From: the human T2T-CHM13v2.0 reference genome, Homo sapiens
Assembly (NCBI RefSeq): GCF_009914755.1
Contig: NC_060934.1
Reading direction: 5' to 3' (one strand)
DNA length: 64,000 nucleotides
Part shown: positions 56,900-64,000 of the stretch, piece by piece
Numbering within the stretch: position 1 is the first letter of the stretch
Layout: every line of letters starts with the position of its first letter
Translations under genes and position numbers: made by a program
Notes under the pieces: model-generated
The model's database searches: none
The model's input: only the letters and a program-made list of their open reading frames with translations
Told to the model about the DNA's origin: nothing

Positions 56900-57470
56900 G
56901 AGCCTAAATTTGTTGCCCGAGTTCCTCCGGGAAGCGCTCCGGGTAGATTCTCGGGGCCGGGAGCTGAGATCCCTGGGCGGGGAGCGGGGGAAGGGATGGG
57001 GCTGAGGACAGCGAAGAAGAGGGGGCTTGGGGGAGGGGGGAAATGGAAGAGAGAGGAGGGAGGAGGTACAAGAGGAAGGAGAGAAGTGCGGCCAGCTTGC
57101 TTTCTCCAGTCGGGTGGCCGCGGGGACCCGGGCGACGTCGGAGGCCCTGCCGGGAACCCAGGCTGCAGCCCCCACCCCCGCGCTGCGACACGCCCCCCAC
57201 CCCTTCCGGCTCACACCCCCGCCCACACTCCTGAGTGGTGCGGTGCAGCGTCGGCCGAGGCAGCAGAGCCGAGGAGAGCAGGTGAGAAGAAGGGCTGGGC
57301 TGGGCTGGCGGAGCGCGGTGCCGGGAGCAAGGGCGGCGGTCGGGGGCTCTATCCAGGGACAGCACCGGGGCCGAGAGGCCCCAGGACTCGTGGAGTCCTC
57401 TGAGTCCTGCGCAGCAGCGGCCGTCGGGGGTCAGCTAGGAAGCTGCAGGATTGCGTTGCTTCGGTGCCTG
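56900..57470. promoter_or_regulatory. CpG-rich segment over the CHAT M exon
   Basis: High GC and CpG density. Confidence 0.7.
56996..57281 (+). CDS. CHAT: CHAT M exon coding part (N-terminus of 82-kDa ChAT, residues 1-95 plus 1 nt)
   Basis: MGLRTAKKRGLGGGGKWKREEGGG...AEPRRA; donor CAG|GTGAGA at 57281; 286 nt, phase 1, in frame with exon 59312. Confidence 0.95.
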
Positions 57471-58862
57471 GGCTTGGGGAGGCTTAACCATCAGGGCTTC
57501 GGGACTCCAAGCGCATGTTCTCACTTCACTTGGCCCAGCATCTGCTAAGTGACCAGGTCCGCGCTTTCTGTGTCTAGTCGGAGGGTCCTTGGGTCTGACC
57601 CGACTCGCCTGAATTGCTGGTTGGCAACCGCTTCTCCCGGGAGCAGGGGGTGGGGAAGGAGGAGCAGTGGCTGGTGGCAAGTCTGAGCCAGGACATAGCC
57701 GATGACAGCCTGTGAATGACCGGCCAGACTGGGGTTGGACCTTCGGGGCAGAGCAGGCAGCCCTTGGAAAGCCAGGCTGGCAGGAGCATGGGTGGGAGGC
57801 ACAAAACACAGACAAACAGACATATATACACATACATCCTCTAGGCATCTGCCCAGGAGTGATGGAGGAAGAAGAGTTGGTAGGTGGGACCACCAGGAAA
57901 CCATCCCACCCAGCTCTGCCTTCTTCAAGCTCAGGGTCCCTGAAGCCTGACTAGTGTCTCCCGAATGGGGGGGAGGGGGGGGCTCTGGGCCAGAGCAAAA
58001 GGAGGCATTGGCTGCATGGTCTGTAGGGCCTTTACCAACCTGACCTTGTCCTTGCTGTCCTCTCAAAAGACTGCCATGCTCCGGTGAATCCTCACCAGGA
58101 CGCCACCTCTTTCACTTTGCAGTTGGGGGCAGCCCCTACGAACCCACAGCACTGGGAGGCGTGGGAACAAGCCTGTGGAGAGTGTCCCTGCACTGTGCCA
58201 GCAAGGGCTTTACATTCTCTGCCCAGCACTGCAAGGCAGCCCCAGGCTCCTCCATCCTTGGGCCTGGTTCATCCATCTTTCTGGACTCTCTGTTCCTGGC
58301 AACAACCCTGCCAGGTGCCCATACATGGGCGGTGCTTGCCTCTGGGTAGGGGTGGTGTTGGGTGGGGAGAGGGGTGAGGAAATTAGCTAAACCTCAGCTT
58401 TAGACTTGAGAGAATAGAGGGTGGGCTGGTGGAAAACATGAGTATGTGCCTGTGGAGGCTTAGGTTCAGGGGGATCTCAGAGGGTAGCAATTGTGACCCA
58501 CAGCCTAATAATAACAGTCTTTGCCCTCTTGGCCTGGCTCACTTCTACTGTACCTTCAAAATTAATCTGCCTCTCCCCAGACTAAGGCAGGTGGCCCCTA
58601 GGGGCCCTGGCTGCCCAGCCTCCCTGCATACCTCCCTGGGCACTCCTATGGCATCTACACTGGCAGCCTGCAGACCCGAGACTGCCTAGGTCACAACGCC
58701 TCCAGCAGGCCCAGAGTCTCCCTGCCCTGGCCACAGGCCAGGCTCCCAATTAGCCCAGATGCATCCTGGAGCACAGGGCCTTAAAGGCCTCCATTCACCC
58801 ACGCATGCATTCCTTTCCCTCCACCAACGGAGTGAGGGAATTCACCCTACTCCACACCAGAG

Positions 58863-58902
58863 ATGTGGCCGGAATGCAGAGATGAAGCACTGAGCACAGT
58901 AG
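58863..58902 (+). CDS. CHAT: CHAT S exon coding part (74-kDa isoform N-terminus MWPECRDEALSTV)
   Basis: ATG TGG CCG GAA TGC AGA GAT GAA GCA CTG AGC ACA GTA G|gtatgg; phase 1, in frame with exon 59312. Confidence 0.85.
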
Positions 58903-59311
58903 GTATGGTCTTACCCTTGAGAAGCTAGTGGGAAAGAGAGAGTTTGATTGGCAAAGCACTTATCTATTGGGTTCCAGGCAGGAACAAAGGCAGCACTCTG
59001 CCAGCAACCCCTGGTGGATTTGGATTGCCCCAGGGTGGTCAGCTGGCCTTGGGTGACAACAGACTCATGAGAGCAGACCCTCACTTTAGGAACCACTCTC
59101 TCCCATATGGGGGCCCAGAGAGAACACTGTGGTCAGCACGTACAGGTGGAAGTAGAGACTGGGGCCACGCCTGCAATGAGACCCCTATACACAGCTGTCA
59201 GGCTCTGGCCTCCTCATGGGGCTGGGGTGGGGGTCTGTTGGCGGGAGGTGGAGGGTTTGTGACAGGCCTATGTGGCTGCTGTGTTGATGCTTCCCACTTC
59301 TTGGTCCCCAG

Positions 59312-59412
59312 GTCCACACCTCTGCATCCCTGCACCAGGACTCACCAAGACGCCCATCCTGGAAAAGGTCCCCCGTAAGATGGCAGCAAAAACTCCCAGC
59401 AGTGAGGAGTCT
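59312..59412 (+). CDS. CHAT: CHAT first common coding exon (GPHLCIP...TPILEKVPRKMAAKTPSSEES); 69-kDa ATG at 59380
   Basis: Acceptor ttcttggtccccag|G, donor TCT|gtgagt; 101 nt. Confidence 0.97.
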
Positions 59413-60917
59413 GTGAGTGACTTTTGGAGCCCTCTCTCAACCCTGCTTTCCCCACCTACATGCCCTTGCTTCTAGAACAGTCCTGAGTGGGACTGGCCCC
59501 CAGCATTTGCCTGGCCCCAGCCCTGCCCTCTACTGGCACAAGGCCCAGGCTACAGCTCCACCCCCAGCTTGCTGAGGATCCCAGAAGGGCCTGGAGGGGC
59601 TGAGACGGGCCTCAGGGTGCCAAGGAAATGCTAAGAGCTTAACTTCCAAATCCCCTGGCCAGGCTAGGCCCTATCTTTCCTTCCAGGGCCTCTCTTCATC
59701 CCAGCTTCCACTTCTGATAGCTTTGAGCCCAGTGATTTTGCCTTAGGGTGGGGCTGAATTCCTACTCCAAGCCCTGCAAGTCCCAGCTCCAGCTGCTATC
59801 ACTAGTTCAGCCTTGGAGCCTTAGGCACCATGTTCTCCACTGGCCTGAGACAATGCCATCCTCCCTGGGCAGGCATCCTCCCTCCCGCCCCAGCCAGCCT
59901 TCGGGTGGCAGAGCAACACACCTGATTTCAGGTGGTTGCATGTGTTTCCCCTCTCCCACACTTGTCTTTTTGCCACTCCTCTTCCCCCTTCCCCCTTCCC
60001 CTTTCCCCCAGCCCTCATTTGAAACCCTGAGCAGAATTTTCTGGCTTCTCCCCAAGAAGCTGTTCACTCCATTGCCCTGAACTCTGCAGCTGACAAACAT
60101 CTATTGTCACCTCTGGTCCACTGGCATGCTTCTCTACCCACCCCATTGGGCTGTGGCTTCCTTCAGAGCAGGCTCTGTTTCTCCATCGTCTCTGAGTCCA
60201 GCCCAGGATCTGACTCACATGAACTGCCCAGGAAACATGGAGTTTTGGAGCATTGATCTGAGACTCCCAGGTCCAAAGACACTCCTTAGCACAGGGCCAG
60301 AAGTCCAGGAGAGTCTGGGGAGGATCCCTGGGGGGTTGAGATGTCTGAGCTGCGATTTCCTGCTTTATTCCTTTTTACCCACTGCTGATTCCCTGTTAGC
60401 CAGGCTAAGTCACAGCGCACTGTCAGAGCCTGGAAGAAGGGGAGCAGTGTCTGGCAGAGGATCTAGCCAGACTTGTGGGCCCTTTTGGCCAGGTCACTAA
60501 CTGGGCTGGGCTTTCTGTAGGTGCTCACCCACCCATCACACAGACCACCCCCCCCACCGCAAGAGATGGAAGAACAAGATCAGCTGGGTTGGGGGCCCAG
60601 ACCTGGCTCACTGGGGTTGGGCAGGGCAGTCTGGGATGCTGTCCAGATCCATCCTCGCATCATTCCCCAGGGCAGGAGCAGCCCGTAGTTGGCACTGACA
60701 CCCCACTGTTGCCAGAGAAGTGAACCCTAGAGGCAGGATCAGACAGGCAGAGGGCCGTCATTCATCCATCAGCAGCAGGGGCAGAGAAGGAGGTGCTTTT
60801 AAGGGGCCCCTTCACTCTGCAGCCTATGGGGAGGAACCCTTTACTGTCTCATGGAAACTCATCACTGCACAAAGAAGCCCCTGAAGGAAGGTGCCTCACT
60901 GTCTACCAGTGTGTCCC

Positions 60918-61226
60918 AGGAACCATGTTGCAGAATTCTGGTCATTAGGGCAGCAATGAATTATGTCTCTTATCCAAAGCCATCTTTTATCCTTCCAAAT
61001 CTCTCCACAAGAGTACACCCTTCAGGTCCGGAGATCAGCTAGATTCTGGAGCCCCAGCTGAGAACAGTTTATAAATTAAGACTGACCAGGAGACAACAAT
61101 ATCAATAACAGGACTATTTCATCTTAGATCTATCCTTTATGGCTTAAAAGCACTTTCACGTACATTAGCTCTTTAATCCTATGAAAGGCAGGGTTTGCTA
61201 CCCCCATTTTACAGGAGAAGAAACTG
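60918..61226 (+). repeat. Intronic direct duplication, copy 1
   Basis: Aligns without gaps to 61900-62208 (offset 982). Confidence 0.95.
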
Positions 61227-61899
61227 TACAATTTAAGCAATATTATTATAAGTTCTGCCTTCCTATTGTCACTGGCCAAGTGAGGGACAAGAAGAGGAAA
61301 CGAATGGAAAAGGGAGTGAAAGGGAAGGGAGAGAACGACCCAGGAGAAAGAAGCAGAGTGGACATGGAAGACTGATTTTAGCTCCTAGTCTGCCATCAGA
61401 TTTGTATGTGACCTTGGACCAGCTGCTCCACTCTCTGGGACTCAGTTTCCTCATTCATAAATGGGAAGTCACAAAATTGAAGCCACACAGAAGCCTTCTG
61501 TGGTGAACGCTGCTGGTGAACTGAGAGGCACAGCATGCGTATAGAAGGGTGGAGTTGGGGGTTCTTCCTAGACTCTAGCCACACTTTGGGGCCCCCAAAG
61601 AATATGGGTTTCCTCTTGGGAATTCCTCTGGAAGTATAAGATAGCGAGGTCATAACATTTTAGATGTGCCTATTTGAGGCCAGTTGTTCCCCCATTTAAT
61701 TCTCTCTGTGTTCCTCTCAGGTAGGAATTGTTATTTATGTCCTATGGATGAGGAGCAGAGGCTTGGAGAGATTCGGAGAGGAAGGACATCCACTGCATCC
61801 CCACCCCTGCCCCTAACACCCACATGAAACAAAATTCCCTGCCTGGGTTTTATAAGTAGGAGGGACTTATAAGAAGCTCAGGGCATGAATCATCTTCTG

Positions 61900-62208
61900 A
61901 GGAACCCTCTTTTAGAATTCTAGTCATTAGGGCAGCACTGAATTATGTCTCTCATCCAAAACCATCTTTTATCCTTCCAAATCTCTCCCTAAGAGTGCCC
62001 CCTTCAGGTCCAGAGATCAATCAGATTCTGGAGCCCCAGCTGGGAACAATCTCTAAATTAAGAGTCACCAGCAGCCAACAATATCAATAACAGGACTATT
62101 TCATCTTAGATCCATCCTTTATGGCTTAAAAGCACTTTCATATCTATTTTCTGTTTGATCCTATGAGAGATAGGGGTTACTACTCCCATTCTACAGAGGA
62201 AGAAACTG
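61900..62208 (+). repeat. Intronic direct duplication, copy 2 (runs into a MIR)
   Basis: Aligns without gaps to 60918-61226. Confidence 0.95.
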
Positions 62209-62465
62209 AGGCACAGAGGGAGGCTGATTTGCCCAAGTTTGCAGAGCTGGTCAGTGGCAGGGTCAGGGTAGAAACCCAGGTCTGTCTGATGCCAATATCA
62301 CCGTATTTTCCTCTGCACTTTATCCCTTTCTGGGGACAGAGCACAATGAGGTCAGGGACGCCAAACAGGAACTTCCTAAATTCATAATTTTGCTGAGCTG
62401 AGCCCTAGAAATGGAGGGGTCCCAGGGTAGAGAACAACACAGGGGCAGAACAATACAGATACTAG

Positions 62466-62795
<330 letters not shown>

Positions 62796-63208
62796 TGAGA
62801 GGCAGGTAGGGGACAAAGACAGGGCAGAAGGAGAGATGAGGGACAGGGATGGGGGATAGGTGTGGGAACAGGCAGGTGGCATGGATTGGAGGACAGGAAG
62901 GGACAAGGATGAGAAACAAACAAGATGAGGAATGGGAAATACGGATAGAGAAAGAGGCGGACAAATCGGGGACAGGAATTGGGACAGATGAGGACAGAGA
63001 TCGCATTAGGAAAGAAGAGAGGGTGAAAGGCAGGAAGAAGACACCTGTAAGGACAGGCAGAGGACAGCGATGTAGCACCAAGCCACCAGGATGGGGACTG
63101 GGACAGAAGAAAGGAGACAGGAGGGCACAAAGGTGAAGGACAGGCCTGGTGGACTGGGAAGCTCCTGGCACATACCTGGGGCTTAGCATATATTTGTGGA
63201 ATGAATGA

Positions 63209-63424
<216 letters not shown>

Positions 63425-64000
63425 TGAGGCCTTGGTGCTCCTAGCTCATAACCTGGGGACCCACCCAAGGCAGGGGCCCTTACCCCAGTGCCAGCAAAGA
63501 AAGGCCAAAGCTGGAGCCTCGGCTGAGCTTCCTGGGGTCAAATGCCCCGAGACAGTGGACGTCCAGGCCATCAGGTGGGGAGCAAGGTTAGGTGTGGCTG
63601 CACTCGAGTGACAATCACACAATTAGCCTTAGTCTATATTTATCTTGCAGTGGAATGGACACTCATGGAGGTCATGGGTCCAAATATCCCCACAGCCTCC
63701 ACCTGGCTGAGGCCCTGGGAGGAGGCGTGTGTCCCTGGACCACGCCAGTACTTGTCCCTGGGAAACACTGCCCCAGGCTGTCTGAGAGGGCCTCTGCTTC
63801 CTTCCAGAGCCCCCAGCTCTAAACAGAGGCCCCAGAAGGCTGGAAACAATTCCTCCCTGCCAGCAGCCAGAGCCTGTGCCATCTGCTGTAATTTCAGAGC
63901 TCACTGAGCCGTTGGAAGGGCCTCTGGCCGCTAATGACAATGGAGGATGGGTGCAGGGAGAAAGGGTTTCCCTTCTGGAGTCACTCAGAGTCTGGTCTTA

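Overview
Human genomic DNA spanning the 5' end of the cholinergic gene locus (chr10q11.23, recognised from the encoded proteins). About the first 47 kb is intergenic and dominated by transposable elements: Alus, nested L1s, ERV1/ERVL/MaLR LTRs, an ERVL gag/pol remnant, Tigger/MER DNA transposons, L2 and MIR. From ~49.9 kb there is an RE1/NRSE silencer, the non-coding R exon, and a CpG island holding the intronless SLC18A3 (VAChT) CDS (53547-55145). SLC18A3 is nested in the first intron of CHAT on the same strand. It is followed by CHAT alternative first exons (N, M = 82-kDa start, S = 74-kDa start) and three common coding exons; CHAT continues past the window end. The main system is well known, not new. 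The less familiar observations are a near-perfect ~35-bp-stem hairpin within a palindrome cluster at 33.9-34.1 kb, a 69-bp Alu piece apparently copied locally into a MER51 LTR, a gap-free ~300-bp direct duplication in a CHAT intron with an identity step, and uORFs and splice options in the SLC18A3/CHAT leaders. Repeat subfamily names and most repeat boundaries were assigned by eye and are approximate.
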